Shown here: in pieces, positions 30,155 to 40,960 of the stretch
How the letters are laid out: every line of letters begins with the position of its first letter
How positions within the stretch are numbered: position 1 is the first letter of the stretch
Origin: an uncultured Pelagibacteraceae bacterium
GTDB taxonomy: Bacteria; Pseudomonadota; Alphaproteobacteria; Pelagibacterales; Pelagibacteraceae
Direction: 5' to 3'
DNA: 64,000 nt
Assembly: GCA_902582875.1 (NCBI GenBank)
Contig: CACHTV010000002.1
Span: 12,024 to 76,023 of the forward strand
The notes under the pieces: model-generated
The model's database searches: none
Told to the model about the DNA's origin: nothing
The model's input: the letters and a program-made list of their open reading frames with translations, nothing else
Made by a program: the position numbers and the translations under genes

Positions 30155-30862
30155 TTATTTTTTCGTAAATGTTGCTATACCTATTTTATTACCTTCAATT
30201 ATTGATGATGAGCAATGTAAATGAGTTCTATCAAAAATCAACATTGAACCAACTTCCCATTCATAAATCAGCTCTACTTCTAAACCTTTTAAATTATTTA
30301 TATTTTCATGTTTTAAATATTTTGTGTGTATTTCTTTATCAAACGGTTTATCACCGTATAAGTTTAAATGCTCAGATGATCTTTTATTTTGTCCATAACC
30401 TAAATTTTTTTTTTTCAATTCTTCAGGGTCTTGAGTAAAACTAGTTGAACCTTCATAGAATCTGTTTTTAAAAATTACTGTGCTACCAACAGAAGTTAGA
30501 GGAATTAGGCTTTGTTTGTAAATTTGATTTTTTAATTCAAAACCACCATCTACGTGTAAACCGATCGGAGCACGACTTTCTTGTATAAGTCCAAAAATAT
30601 CTTTACCATTCTCATCTTGAAGATTATCCATTTTAAAATCTCCAATTTCTTTTTTAAGTCTTTCACAAAATATTTTTTCTAATTTTTCATTATAGCCTTG
30701 TAACCATCTTTTTTTGATAACATTTTGTTTTTTGTTATGAACTGTGGTTGGAAGATCTCTAAATAATTTTAAAAATTCCCCAATTTCTTCTTTATTATAT
30801 AAATTTTTTATTACTTTTGGAGATGATTCAAGTTTCTTTATTTCTTTAATTCTTTCATTCAT
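30155..30862 (-). CDS. Hypothetical protein, probable 2OG-Fe(II) oxygenase-like fold
   Basis: HxD (GLHVD), distal GSMLIFDRTHLHCS and a basic residue downstream; family not recognised. Confidence 0.5.
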   Translation of the reverse strand: MNERIKEIKKLESSPKVIKNLYNKEEIGEFLKLFRDLPTTVHNKKQNVIKKRWLQGYNEKLEKIFCERLKKEIGDFKMDNLQDENGKDIFGLIQESRAPIGLHVDGGFELKNQIYKQSLIPLTSVGSTVIFKNRFYEGSTSFTQDPEELKKKNLGYGQNKRSSEHLNLYGDKPFDKEIHTKYLKHENINNLKGLEVELIYEWEVGSMLIFDRTHLHCSSSIIEGNKIGIATFTKK

Positions 30863-30867
30863 TTTTA

Positions 30868-31659
30868 TTATTCACCCATGTTTATTAATGTTCCTCTTTG
30901 CTTGGCTCCTAAATAAGAAGAATAAAAAATTATAACACCTAAAATAAAATAAACTATAGATATAGATATTGATTTAATTATGTCGAAATAATTAACTGTA
31001 TTATTTAATAGAATATTTCTCATTTCTTCAAATATATGAACCAAAGGAAGACCTTTTGCTAAAATTTGAAGAGAATAAGGTAAAATTTCTATAGGATAAT
31101 ATATGCACCCTAAAGGAGCTAAAAAAAATAAACTTGCCCATGCAATGTTCTCAAATGAAGGGCCAAATCTTAATAATCCTGAAGTTACTAAAAGTCCTAA
31201 AGTAACACCAAAAAGATATAACGGTAATAATAAAAATAATAGTGGCAATCCGAGTTTAAAAACTGAAACGCCAAAAAGAGGTATTGCCAAAATTGCAGCA
31301 GGAACTAAACCAATAAGTGCTCTTAAAATTGCTGTTAATGTAAGGGAAGTAATAATTTCGCTTATTCTAATTGGTGCTATAAACAAATTTGTAAAATTTC
31401 TACTCCAAATTTCCTCCAAAAACATCATATTAAAACTTATACTAACTCTAAATAGGAAGTCATATAATATTGCAGCAGTCAAAATAATGCCTACCGTGTT
31501 GCTATAATAATCAGAACTTAAAGTAAAAAATTTAGATATAAAACCCCAAAGAAAAATCTGAACTGTCGGCCAGTAAATTAAATCTATAATTCTTGGTAAA
31601 GAGTTACTTATTAAATAAATATGTCTAAGTCCTAAAGCGTAAATTTTACTGAAGTTCAT
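30868..31659 (-). CDS. ABC-2 type exporter permease
   Basis: Six hydrophobic segments, FLEEIWSRNFTNLFIAP, IYYPIEILP. Confidence 0.9.
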   Translation of the reverse strand: MNFSKIYALGLRHIYLISNSLPRIIDLIYWPTVQIFLWGFISKFFTLSSDYYSNTVGIILTAAILYDFLFRVSISFNMMFLEEIWSRNFTNLFIAPIRISEIITSLTLTAILRALIGLVPAAILAIPLFGVSVFKLGLPLLFLLLPLYLFGVTLGLLVTSGLLRFGPSFENIAWASLFFLAPLGCIYYPIEILPYSLQILAKGLPLVHIFEEMRNILLNNTVNYFDIIKSISISIVYFILGVIIFYSSYLGAKQRGTLINMGE

Positions 31660-32380
31660 CTCTGCTCCTAGCTAGTTTGAGAAACGTTTCTTCAAGATTA
31701 TTCCTTCCATGTTTCTTGATTATTTCATTACAAGTTCCTCTATCTATGATTTTTCCTTTCTTCATCATTATTATACTGTCACAAAGCCTCTCAACTTCAT
31801 TCATATTGTGAGAAGCAAGAAGAATAGTGACTTGATTTTTTGCTCTATATTCTTGAATATAACTTCTTACAAAGTCACCAATATCGGGATCTAGACTTGC
31901 AGTTGGTTCATCTAAAAGTAAAATTTCTGGTTTGTTAATTAATGATTTAGCTAAGGACACTCTATTTTTTTGTCCAGATGATAACTCTCCAGTTTTTCTT
32001 TTAAAAAAATTTTTAATGTCTAAATCTTCTGATATTTCTAATATTCGTTCACTCAAGTTTTTAACTCCGTACAATCTTCCATATACTTCTAAATTTTGCT
32101 TTACTGTCAGTTTTTTTGGTAGTTCAATGTATGGAGAGCAAAAATTTATTCTAGCTAATATATCATCTCTCTTAAAAGAGACTAAATTTTTATTATCTAT
32201 AATTATTTCACCTTCAGAAGGCTCAATTAGACCAAGCATCATACCAATGGACGTAGTTTTTCCACATCCATTTGGTCCTAATAAACCTACAGTTTTATTT
32301 TTCTCAATATGAAAATTAATTTTGTCTACTGCCAAATTTTTTTTAAATACTTTAGAAAGATTTTTAACTTGAATAAACAT
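31646..32380 (-). CDS. ABC exporter ATP-binding protein
   Basis: GPNGCGKTT, LSSGQ, LLLDEPTASLD, SHNM. Confidence 0.93.
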   Translation of the reverse strand: MFIQVKNLSKVFKKNLAVDKINFHIEKNKTVGLLGPNGCGKTTSIGMMLGLIEPSEGEIIIDNKNLVSFKRDDILARINFCSPYIELPKKLTVKQNLEVYGRLYGVKNLSERILEISEDLDIKNFFKRKTGELSSGQKNRVSLAKSLINKPEILLLDEPTASLDPDIGDFVRSYIQEYRAKNQVTILLASHNMNEVERLCDSIIMMKKGKIIDRGTCNEIIKKHGRNNLEETFLKLARSRDELQ

Positions 32381-33328
32381 TTAATTTGCAGCCCTTTTTA
32401 ATCGATCATTTATTGCTATACCTGCATCTACGTTTGGTATTTTCACAACATAAATCTTTTTAAATCTTAGTTTTTTTATTTTTCTGAAAGTTTTGTATAA
32501 ATTAGATGCAGCTTCTTTCAAGTCTGATTTTTTACTCAGATTGAAATAATTTATCTTATTCTTGTATTTTTTTCCAAATGTAATTAAAGCAGAATTTTTA
32601 TCCGCCCTTTTTTGATTTAATAATACTGGAATACCAGGCGAGTAATGTTTTTTTAGCATACCAGGTGAACTAATTTTTGAACTTTTTCTAATAATATTAA
32701 TTTTTAAAAATTTATTAATTGTTTTAATTCCAATTATTCCAGGTCTTAAAATTTTTGGTTTTCCAATTAAGCTAACTACCGTAGATTCAATCCCAATTTT
32801 TGACTTTCCACTATTAATAATAATTTTAATCTTTTTTTTAAATTCATCTGATACATCCATGGCATTTACTGGGCTTATTCCTGAAGACAAATTAGCACTG
32901 GGCATAGCTAAAGGAAAATTAAGTTTTTTAAGAATAGATCTAGTCGTCTTATGGTTTGGAAATCTAATCGCAACTGTATTTAATCTTGCAGTGACAGAAG
33001 GTTGAATTTTTGATCTATCTTTTTTTTTTAAAACAAAAGTAATAGGTCCTGGGCAAAATTTTTTATACAATTTATAAAAATTTGGATTAAAAATCACGTC
33101 TTGATGAGCATCTTTATAATTTAAATAATGTACGATTAATGGATTTTTTTTTGGTCTTTTTTTTAGGTTATATATTTTTTGGACAGCTACCTTTGAGTAA
33201 GCATTTCCAGCTAATCCATAAACTGTTTCCGTAGGTAAACCGACTACATTTCCCTTTTTTAAATTAGCAATAGATTTGTTAAGAGTTTTTTTATTAAAAG
33301 TAAATATATTTGAATAGATATTTTTCAT
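32381..33328 (-). CDS. tsaC: Threonylcarbamoyl-AMP synthase (Sua5 type)
   Basis: PTETVYGL, KKRPKKNPLIVH, PSANLS, GIESTV, SPGMLKKHYSP, AINDRLKRAA. Confidence 0.94.
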   Translation of the reverse strand: MKNIYSNIFTFNKKTLNKSIANLKKGNVVGLPTETVYGLAGNAYSKVAVQKIYNLKKRPKKNPLIVHYLNYKDAHQDVIFNPNFYKLYKKFCPGPITFVLKKKDRSKIQPSVTARLNTVAIRFPNHKTTRSILKKLNFPLAMPSANLSSGISPVNAMDVSDEFKKKIKIIINSGKSKIGIESTVVSLIGKPKILRPGIIGIKTINKFLKINIIRKSSKISSPGMLKKHYSPGIPVLLNQKRADKNSALITFGKKYKNKINYFNLSKKSDLKEAASNLYKTFRKIKKLRFKKIYVVKIPNVDAGIAINDRLKRAAN

Positions 33329-33349
33329 AATATTATTATTATAAGACCA

Positions 33350-33583
33350 ATGAAAAATGAAAATATTCCAGCTGACGTTAAAAGTAAATCATTAAAAGAA
33401 GCAAGAGATGAAATTAAAGACATTTTAAATAAACTTGAAAGTAAAGATGCGGATCTTAGTAGTTCTATTGATGACTACAAAAGGTTGATCCAGCTAAATA
33501 ATCATATTGACCTATTATTCAAAAAAAAAGTTAAAGAAATTTCATCGATTGGAAAAAAAATTAAAAAAAATGATAAAAACTAG
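33350..33583 (+). CDS. xseB: Exodeoxyribonuclease VII small subunit
   Basis: SLKEARDEIKDILNKLES...LSSSIDDY; xseB-ispA-dxs synteny. Confidence 0.8.
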   Translation: MKNENIPADVKSKSLKEARDEIKDILNKLESKDADLSSSIDDYKRLIQLNNHIDLLFKKKVKEISSIGKKIKKNDKN

Positions 33584-34445
33584 ATTAATTAAAAATTCAA
33601 AAAAAATCGACAAGTTTTTAATTAAATATTTAAACAGACAAGATAGATCTTTATTAATCAATCCTATGAAGTACGGAGTTATATCTGGAGGAAAAAAAGT
33701 AAGGTCTACAATTATATTAAGTGCAGGAAAACTATTTAATTTAGATCAAAAAAAACTAATTAATATTTGTGCTTCTGTAGAGTGTATTCATTCGTATTCT
33801 TTAATTCATGACGACCTTCCTTGTATGGACAATGACTCTATTAGAAGAGGAAAGCCATCAACGCATATAAAATTTGGTGAGGCATCTGCTGTATTAGCAG
33901 GTAACTCTTTGTTGACTTTAGCATTTGAAATTATTGCAGATAAAAGATACTTGCTTAATCCAAAATTGAAAAATGAGATTATAAACTCACTAGCTTTTTG
34001 TTCAGGTCACACAGGTATAGCTGGAGGGCAAGAACTTGATCTTAAATTTGAAAATAAGAAAAAAAATTTAAAACAAATTATATTGATGCAAAAGAAAAAA
34101 ACAGGAAAATTATTTAGTTTTTGTCTTTATGCTGTAGGAGTGTTGGCAAAAAAAGATAACAAGGAAAAAAAATTTTTAAGTGTTTTAGGAGAAGAAATAG
34201 GACTCTTATTTCAGCTCGCAGATGATTTTTTGGATGTAAAAGGTTCAAAAAAATTAGTTGGAAAACCTATAAAAAAAGATAAAAAAAAAGGTAAATCAAC
34301 ATTAGTTAATTTAATGGGATATGAAAAAGCACATAATTATGCAAATAATCTTAAGAAAAAAATATTGCTTAAATTAAAAAAACATGGAAAAAAAGCAAAA
34401 GATTTATCGGATATAATAGAATTTATACTTAAAAGAAATTTTTAA
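33570..34445 (+). CDS. ispA: Farnesyl diphosphate synthase
   Basis: [39 protein letters not shown]; start placed at ATG 33570. Confidence 0.93.
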   Translation: MIKTRLIKNSKKIDKFLIKYLNRQDRSLLINPMKYGVISGGKKVRSTIILSAGKLFNLDQKKLINICASVECIHSYSLIHDDLPCMDNDSIRRGKPSTHIKFGEASAVLAGNSLLTLAFEIIADKRYLLNPKLKNEIINSLAFCSGHTGIAGGQELDLKFENKKKNLKQIILMQKKKTGKLFSFCLYAVGVLAKKDNKEKKFLSVLGEEIGLLFQLADDFLDVKGSKKLVGKPIKKDKKKGKSTLVNLMGYEKAHNYANNLKKKILLKLKKHGKKAKDLSDIIEFILKRNF

Positions 34446-36364
34446 TGACAAGGTTAATTAGACAAATAAATTTTCCATCGGATTTGAGAACGTTTAAGAA
34501 AGATCAACTTAGACAAATATCAGATGAGCTAAGAGATGAATTAATTGATGTAGTATCAGAAACTGGAGGTCATCTCGGAGCTGGTTTGGGCGTAGTAGAA
34601 TTAACGATAGCTTTACATTATGTCTTTAATACTCCAAAAGATAAATTAGTTTGGGATGTAAGCCACCAATGCTATCCGCATAAAATTATAACTGGAAGAA
34701 GAGATAGAATTAAAACTTTAAGAAAAGGAGGTGGTTTGTCAGGATTTACCAAAAGATCTGAAAGTGAGTACGATCCATTTGGAGCAGCTCATAGTTCAAC
34801 CTCTATCTCTTCAACTCTTGGTATGGCAGTAGCTAAAAAGTTATCAAATAATAATAATAATGTAATTGCAGTTATAGGAGATGGTGCTATGAGCGCTGGT
34901 ATGGCCTATGAAGCCATGAATAATGCTGGCGCATTAAAATCTAAACTTATAGTAGTCCTAAACGATAATGATATGTCTATAGCAAAACCTGTAGGAGCTA
35001 TGAGCAAGTATCTTGCAAAACTTTTATCAGGAAAATTATATTTTAGTTTTAGAGAAACAGTCAAAATGGTTATTTCTGCTTTTTCAAAAAGATTTAGTCA
35101 AAAAGCAGGAAAAGCAGAAGATTTACTTAGAGGCATTGTAACTGGAGGAACTTTATTTAGCGAATTAGGTTTTTACTACATTGGTCCTGTAGATGGACAT
35201 GATGTTGATAATCTAGTTCAGATATTTGAAAATGTTAAAAATTCAAATCATCAAGGTCCAGTATTAATTCATGTTAGAACTCAAAAGGGAAAAGGATATA
35301 AACCAGCCGAAGATTCAGGTGATAAATATCATGGAGTATCTAAGTTTAATATAGCCACTGGTGAGCAAAGCAAGTCTAAATCAAACTCTCCTTCTTATAC
35401 CAAAGTTTTTGCTGAAACTTTGATTAAACATGCTGAACAAGATACTAAAATTATTGGAATTACTGGAGCTATGCCCTCAGGAACAGGGCTAAACCTATTT
35501 GAAAAAAAATTTCCTGATAGAACTTTTGATGTTGGAATAGCTGAACAGCATGCTGTAACTTTTGCTGCAGGTTTAGCAACAGAAGGATATAAGCCGTATG
35601 CTGCGATTTATTCTACTTTTCTTCAAAGAGCTTATGATCAAGTTGTTCACGACGTTGCTATTCAATCATTGCCAGTTAGATTTGCAATAGATAGAGCGGG
35701 TCTCGTTGGTGCTGATGGCCCTACACATGCAGGCTCATTTGATATTACATATTTATCTACTTTACCCAACTTTATAGTCATGGCCGCTAGCGATGAGTCT
35801 GAATTAGTAAAAATGATAAATACTTCAGTTCATATAAACGATCGACCCTTAGCATTTAGATATCCAAGAGGAAATGGAGTTGGAACTGAAATACCTTCAA
35901 TTAATGAAGTGTTAGAAATTGGAAAAGGTAGAATTATTAAAGAAGGAAAAAAAGCTGCAATTTTAAACTTTGGAACTAGATTAGAGGAATGTAAAAAAGC
36001 TTCAGAGATACTGTCCAAAAAAGGAATAGATATTTCCATTATAGATGCAAGATTTGCCAAGCCCTTAGATGAAAAATTAATTATGGAAGTTGCAAATAAT
36101 CATGAAGTCTTGGTTTCAATTGAGGAAGGTTCAGTTGGAGGGTTCGGCTCTCATGTAATGCAGTTTTTATCTAATAGAGGAGTATTTGATAGAGGATTGA
36201 AATTTAGATCTATGATTTTACCTGATTTATTTATTGACCAAGATACTCCAGAAAAAATGTATGAGAAAGCTGGACTAGACAGCTTATCGATTGCAAATAG
36301 AATCGAAGAAACTTTAAATTCAAATATTATTTTAGCTAAAAATAAAAATAAGATATCTAATTAA
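34445..36364 (+). CDS. dxs: 1-deoxy-D-xylulose-5-phosphate synthase
   Basis: [45 protein letters not shown]. Confidence 0.97.
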   Translation: MTRLIRQINFPSDLRTFKKDQLRQISDELRDELIDVVSETGGHLGAGLGVVELTIALHYVFNTPKDKLVWDVSHQCYPHKIITGRRDRIKTLRKGGGLSGFTKRSESEYDPFGAAHSSTSISSTLGMAVAKKLSNNNNNVIAVIGDGAMSAGMAYEAMNNAGALKSKLIVVLNDNDMSIAKPVGAMSKYLAKLLSGKLYFSFRETVKMVISAFSKRFSQKAGKAEDLLRGIVTGGTLFSELGFYYIGPVDGHDVDNLVQIFENVKNSNHQGPVLIHVRTQKGKGYKPAEDSGDKYHGVSKFNIATGEQSKSKSNSPSYTKVFAETLIKHAEQDTKIIGITGAMPSGTGLNLFEKKFPDRTFDVGIAEQHAVTFAAGLATEGYKPYAAIYSTFLQRAYDQVVHDVAIQSLPVRFAIDRAGLVGADGPTHAGSFDITYLSTLPNFIVMAASDESELVKMINTSVHINDRPLAFRYPRGNGVGTEIPSINEVLEIGKGRIIKEGKKAAILNFGTRLEECKKASEILSKKGIDISIIDARFAKPLDEKLIMEVANNHEVLVSIEEGSVGGFGSHVMQFLSNRGVFDRGLKFRSMILPDLFIDQDTPEKMYEKAGLDSLSIANRIEETLNSNIILAKNKNKISN

Positions 36365-37443
36365 CCACACTGAGCTCGATGCATTAGAAGATGATCAAGA
36401 ATAACGCAGCTCATCATTGCTTCTCCAATAGGAACTGCTCTTATTCCAACACAGGGGTCGTGTCTTCCTTTAACAGAAATTTTTGTATTTTTACCTTTCT
36501 TATCTATAGTCTCTCTACTAGTTAAAATTGATGAAGTCGGTTTTACCGCAAAAGAAGCAATAATATCTTGACCAGAGGAAATTCCACCTAAAATTCCACC
36601 TGCATGATTAGTCCTGAATTTTACTTTTCCAGCTTTTTTTCTTATCTCATCTGAATTTTCTTCACCACTTAAAAAAGCTGCATTCATTCCAGATCCAATA
36701 TTCACTCCTTTAACAGCATTTATACTCATAAGAGCTGCAGCAATATCCGTATCCAACTTTGAGTAGACTGGAGCACCCAACCCTACAGGAACTCCAGATG
36801 CTCTTAATTCTATTACCGCTCCACATGAAGAACCTGCTTTTCTTACTGCTAAAAGATATTTTTCCCATAATTTTATTGATTTTTTATCAGGGCAGAAAAA
36901 AGGATTTTTTCTAATTTCAGAGTCTTTCCAATTTTGTTTATTGCATGACATTAGCCCTAATTGTGTTACTGCTCCAATGATATTAAATTTCATTCCTAAA
37001 GTTTTTTTTAAAACTATTTTAGCTACGGCTCCAGCTGCAACTCTACAAGCAGTCTCTCTTGCTGACTGTCTTCCACCACCTCTAAAATCTCTGATACCAT
37101 ATTTTTTAAAATAAGTGTAATCAGCATGTCCAGGTCTAAATTTGTTTTTAATCGTTTCATAATCTCTAGATTTTTTATCTTCATTGTAAATTATAATTGA
37201 AATTGGTGTCCCAGTCGTTTTGCCCCCAAACACTCCAGAGAGAATAATCACTTTATCTGACTCTTTTCTTTGAGTGGTAAATTTAGACTGTCCTGGCCTA
37301 CGTCTATCCATGTCTTTTTGGATATCTTTCTCAGATATAGGGATATTAGGAGGACAGCCGTCAATTACACAGCCAATTGCAGGACCATGAGACTCGCCCC
37401 ATGTAGTAAATCTAAATATTTTTCCAAAAGTATTAAAAGACAT
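36361..37443 (-). CDS. aroC: Chorismate synthase
   Basis: [36 protein letters not shown]. Confidence 0.97.
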   Translation of the reverse strand: MSFNTFGKIFRFTTWGESHGPAIGCVIDGCPPNIPISEKDIQKDMDRRRPGQSKFTTQRKESDKVIILSGVFGGKTTGTPISIIIYNEDKKSRDYETIKNKFRPGHADYTYFKKYGIRDFRGGGRQSARETACRVAAGAVAKIVLKKTLGMKFNIIGAVTQLGLMSCNKQNWKDSEIRKNPFFCPDKKSIKLWEKYLLAVRKAGSSCGAVIELRASGVPVGLGAPVYSKLDTDIAAALMSINAVKGVNIGSGMNAAFLSGEENSDEIRKKAGKVKFRTNHAGGILGGISSGQDIIASFAVKPTSSILTSRETIDKKGKNTKISVKGRHDPCVGIRAVPIGEAMMSCVILDHLLMHRAQCG

Positions 37444-37477
37444 AGTTATTTAATGTATAAATTATTTTATAGAATAT

Positions 37478-38110
37478 ATGAATCAAAAAAATGGCAAAAA
37501 TTCACTTGGAATAGATAGTTGTTTCGAAGAAGCAGATAATCCTATCGATTTGTTCAAAAAATGGTTTTCTGAAGCGGAGAAGAAGGAAATAAACGATCCA
37601 AATGCAGTTACCTTAGCAACCTCTAACAAAATGAATCAGCCAAATGCAAGAATGGTTTTGCTCAAAGGGTTAAGCGATAAAGGTTTTGTCTTTTATACAA
37701 ATTTTAATAGCAAAAAAGGAGGTGAGCTAAAAAGTAACCAGAAAGCTTCAATGTGCTTTCATTGGAAAAGTTTGAGAAGACAGGTAAGAATATTAGGAAA
37801 AGTTGAGGAAGTAACATCTAAGGAAGCTGATGATTATTATAATTCAAGACCTTATAAGAATAAAATAGGCGCATGGGCTTCATCTCAGTCTCAAGTTTTA
37901 GATAAGAGGGAAACTTTTTTAGAAAAAATAAAAGAATTTGAAAAAAAATATCCAGACACTAAAGATGTACCAAGACCACCGAATTGGTCCGGATGGAGAT
38001 TATTGCCGAATGAAATTGAATTTTGGTTAGATGGTGAAGGCAGAATTCATGAAAGATTGAATTATAAAAAATCTAACAACAATTGGATCAAAGAACTTCT
38101 TTATCCTTAA
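37478..38110 (+). CDS. pdxH: Pyridoxine/pyridoxamine 5'-phosphate oxidase
   Basis: ARMVLLKG, FYTNFNSKKG, RQVRI, GAWASSQS, EFWLDGEGRIHER. Confidence 0.95.
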   Translation: MNQKNGKNSLGIDSCFEEADNPIDLFKKWFSEAEKKEINDPNAVTLATSNKMNQPNARMVLLKGLSDKGFVFYTNFNSKKGGELKSNQKASMCFHWKSLRRQVRILGKVEEVTSKEADDYYNSRPYKNKIGAWASSQSQVLDKRETFLEKIKEFEKKYPDTKDVPRPPNWSGWRLLPNEIEFWLDGEGRIHERLNYKKSNNNWIKELLYP

Positions 38111-39120
38111 AAAGATCTATTAAGACTGAAGCTAGTTAGATTTTGGAGAATTTTTTTTTCTTCATTATCTGGAAAAATTCCTAAAGAGTCATAAGATACA
38201 TTAACAAAATATTCAGCTCTTTTTAAACTTGCTTCAACAGCTTTATATTTATAAATCAAAGCCAGCGTTTCGCTAAAGTCTTCTTCATTTCTTTTCTTTT
38301 TTTTTAAAACGTCAGATAAAAAAACTCTTTCTTCTTCATTGCCTTTTTGAAACACTATAATTAAAGGAAGAGTTACTTTTCCTTCAAAAAAGTCTTTACC
38401 GATTTCTTTTCCAAAAAACTTATCTTTTCCATAATAATCAAGAGCATCATCTGCTATTTGAAAGGCAAGACCAAGATTTTTACCATAAGACTCTAAAGCT
38501 TTTTTTTCTTTTTCATCAACTTTTGCAAGACATGCTCCTGTTTTTGTTGCAGCAGAAAAAAGTGAAGCTGTTTTTAAATTAATAATATCTATATAAGTGT
38601 CCTCTAGAAGATCGGCTTCACCCTTATGTTGAAGTTGTAAAACTTCACCTTGAGCAATCTTTGCTGAAGTGGAGGATAATAGTTTTAAAACTTCCAAATC
38701 TCCATCATCAACCATAATTTCGAAACATCTGCTTAAAAGATAGTCCCCAACTAATATAGATGATTGATTTCCCCAAATTGAATTAGTAGTTTTTACTCCT
38801 CTACGTAAAGAACTTTCATCAATTACATCATCATGTAACAATGTTGCAGAATGAATAAGTTCTACACAGGCAGCAAGATTAATATCTCGATCTCCTAGTT
38901 CATAACCAGATAATTTTGCAGATCCTAAAGTAAGTAGTGCTCTTAGTCTTTTGCCGCCAGACTTTAGATGATGTTCTCCCATTTTTTGGATTAAGTTGAC
39001 ATCACTCTTTAATTTAAGTTCTATTAAACTTTCTACTTTTTCAAGCTTACTTCCCAATAGGTTTTTCAGCTCCAAGTAGGCTGAATTAGCAGATTTTTTT
39101 AGCGGTATTACAGATCCCAT
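38107..39120 (-). CDS. ispB: Long-chain polyprenyl diphosphate synthase
   Basis: GGKRLR, ELIHSATLLHDDVID, LVGDYL, FQIADDALDY. Confidence 0.92.
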   Translation of the reverse strand: MGSVIPLKKSANSAYLELKNLLGSKLEKVESLIELKLKSDVNLIQKMGEHHLKSGGKRLRALLTLGSAKLSGYELGDRDINLAACVELIHSATLLHDDVIDESSLRRGVKTTNSIWGNQSSILVGDYLLSRCFEIMVDDGDLEVLKLLSSTSAKIAQGEVLQLQHKGEADLLEDTYIDIINLKTASLFSAATKTGACLAKVDEKEKKALESYGKNLGLAFQIADDALDYYGKDKFFGKEIGKDFFEGKVTLPLIIVFQKGNEEERVFLSDVLKKKKRNEEDFSETLALIYKYKAVEASLKRAEYFVNVSYDSLGIFPDNEEKKILQNLTSFSLNRSF

Positions 39121-39268
39121 ATTTATTAACTATAATTGATTTTTATAATAATAAATTTTTAAATGAAACCGTGGTGACGCACCCACAATTCAACTAGAAG
39201 TAGCGTAATAAAATAATTAAAATTTAATTTATTACTGTTATAAGAATAATTGTAACGATCATAAAAAT

Positions 39269-40081
39269 ATGTTTTCTATTTTCAAAAAAAAGACCGTTGT
39301 ACCTCATGTAAGATTAACAGGAGTTATTGGTTCAGCAGGTCGATTTAGACAAGGAATGGATCTTTCAGGACAAAAAGACATTCTTAAAAAAGCCTTTTCT
39401 TTAAAGAAAATTAGTCACGTAGCTATCTCGATTAATTCACCTGGAGGATCACCTGTTCAGTCTCATTTAATTTATAGTTATATAAGAGAATTAGCTGATA
39501 AGAAAAAAGTTAAAGTTTTAATTTTTGCTGAAGATGTTGCAGCATCAGGTGGTTACTTAATCTCGTGTGCTGGAGATGAAATTTATGCAAATTCAAGTTC
39601 TATTATAGGATCCATTGGTGTTATTTCTGCATCTTTTGGCTTTAAAGATTTAATTCAAAAGATAGGAGTTGAACGTAGAGTTTATACAGCTGGAAAAAAC
39701 AAAAGCACGTTAGATCCTTTTGTAGAAGAAAAAGAAGAAGATGTAAAAAGACTTAAAAACATTCAACTAGAATTACACGATGATTTTATTAAAGTGGTTG
39801 AAACTAGTAGAGGATCAAAAATAAAAGATCCTGAAAAGAATAATATTTTTACAGGTGAATTTTGGACTGGAAAGACAGCATTAAAATTAGGTTTAATTGA
39901 TGGAATTGGCAATGCGGATCAAGTTTTAAAAGAAAAATTTGGAGATAAAGTTGTAATTAAAAAATTCGAAAAACAAAAAAGCTTTATTGCAAAAAAATTA
40001 TCTTCTTCAATTCAAGATCCAGTAGAGAGTCTTTCAAATATTTTAGAAGAAAAATCGATGTGGCAAAAATTTGGTTTATAG
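39269..40081 (+). CDS. S49 family peptidase (SppA-like)
   Basis: INSPGGSPVQS, DVAASGGY, GSIGVI. Confidence 0.92.
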   Translation: MFSIFKKKTVVPHVRLTGVIGSAGRFRQGMDLSGQKDILKKAFSLKKISHVAISINSPGGSPVQSHLIYSYIRELADKKKVKVLIFAEDVAASGGYLISCAGDEIYANSSSIIGSIGVISASFGFKDLIQKIGVERRVYTAGKNKSTLDPFVEEKEEDVKRLKNIQLELHDDFIKVVETSRGSKIKDPEKNNIFTGEFWTGKTALKLGLIDGIGNADQVLKEKFGDKVVIKKFEKQKSFIAKKLSSSIQDPVESLSNILEEKSMWQKFGL

Positions 40082-40954
40082 ATGCCAGCTAAAAAAAAAT
40101 TAAAATTTTTATCTTTTCAAGAGATCATAATGAATCTGCAAAAATTTTGGGGCAAATATGGTTGTATAATTTTACAACCTTATGACTTAGAGGTAGGGGC
40201 AGGCACATTTCACCCTGCAACAACTTTAAGATCTTTAGGACCTAGACCGTGGAAGGCAGCTTATGTTCAACCTTCTAGAAGACCAACTGATGGAAGATAT
40301 GGAGAAAATCCAAATCGATTACAACATTATTATCAGTATCAAGTTATAATCAAACCATCTCCAGATAATATTAAGCAAACTTATTTAAAAAGTTTGTCTG
40401 CAATTGGTATTGATGTAAAAAATCATGACATACGTTTTGTTGAAGATGATTGGGAAAGTCCAACTTTGGGCGCTGCTGGTTTGGGCTGGGAAGTCTGGTG
40501 CGATGGTATGGAGATAACTCAGTTCACTTATTTTCAACAGATGACAGGATTAGAATGTAATCCAGTTCCAGTTGAAATGACTTATGGTTTAGAAAGATTG
40601 TGTATGTTTGTTCAAGGAAAAAAGAATGTATTTGATTTGGATTGGAATAATGAAGGAGTAAAATATAAGGAAGTTTTTTTTCAAGCTGAAAAAGAATTTT
40701 CTGCATATAATTTTGAGTTTGCTAATACCGAAACTTTATTAAAAAGCTTTCAATCAATTGAGATCGAATGTAAATCTTTATTAGATAAAAAACTTTCTTT
40801 ACCTGCTTATGACCAATGTTTGAAGGCAAGTCATATTTTTAATTTACTTGATGCTAGAGGAGTAATTGGTGTTGCAGAAAGAACTGGTTACATTAATAGA
40901 ATAAGAGAACTCGCTAAAGGATGTGGAGCACTTTGGTTAAGTACACAAATTTAA
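40082..40954 (+). CDS. glyQ: Glycine--tRNA ligase alpha subunit
   Basis: [35 protein letters not shown]. Confidence 0.98.
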   Translation: MPAKKKLKFLSFQEIIMNLQKFWGKYGCIILQPYDLEVGAGTFHPATTLRSLGPRPWKAAYVQPSRRPTDGRYGENPNRLQHYYQYQVIIKPSPDNIKQTYLKSLSAIGIDVKNHDIRFVEDDWESPTLGAAGLGWEVWCDGMEITQFTYFQQMTGLECNPVPVEMTYGLERLCMFVQGKKNVFDLDWNNEGVKYKEVFFQAEKEFSAYNFEFANTETLLKSFQSIEIECKSLLDKKLSLPAYDQCLKASHIFNLLDARGVIGVAERTGYINRIRELAKGCGALWLSTQI

Positions 40955-40960
40955 TAAATT

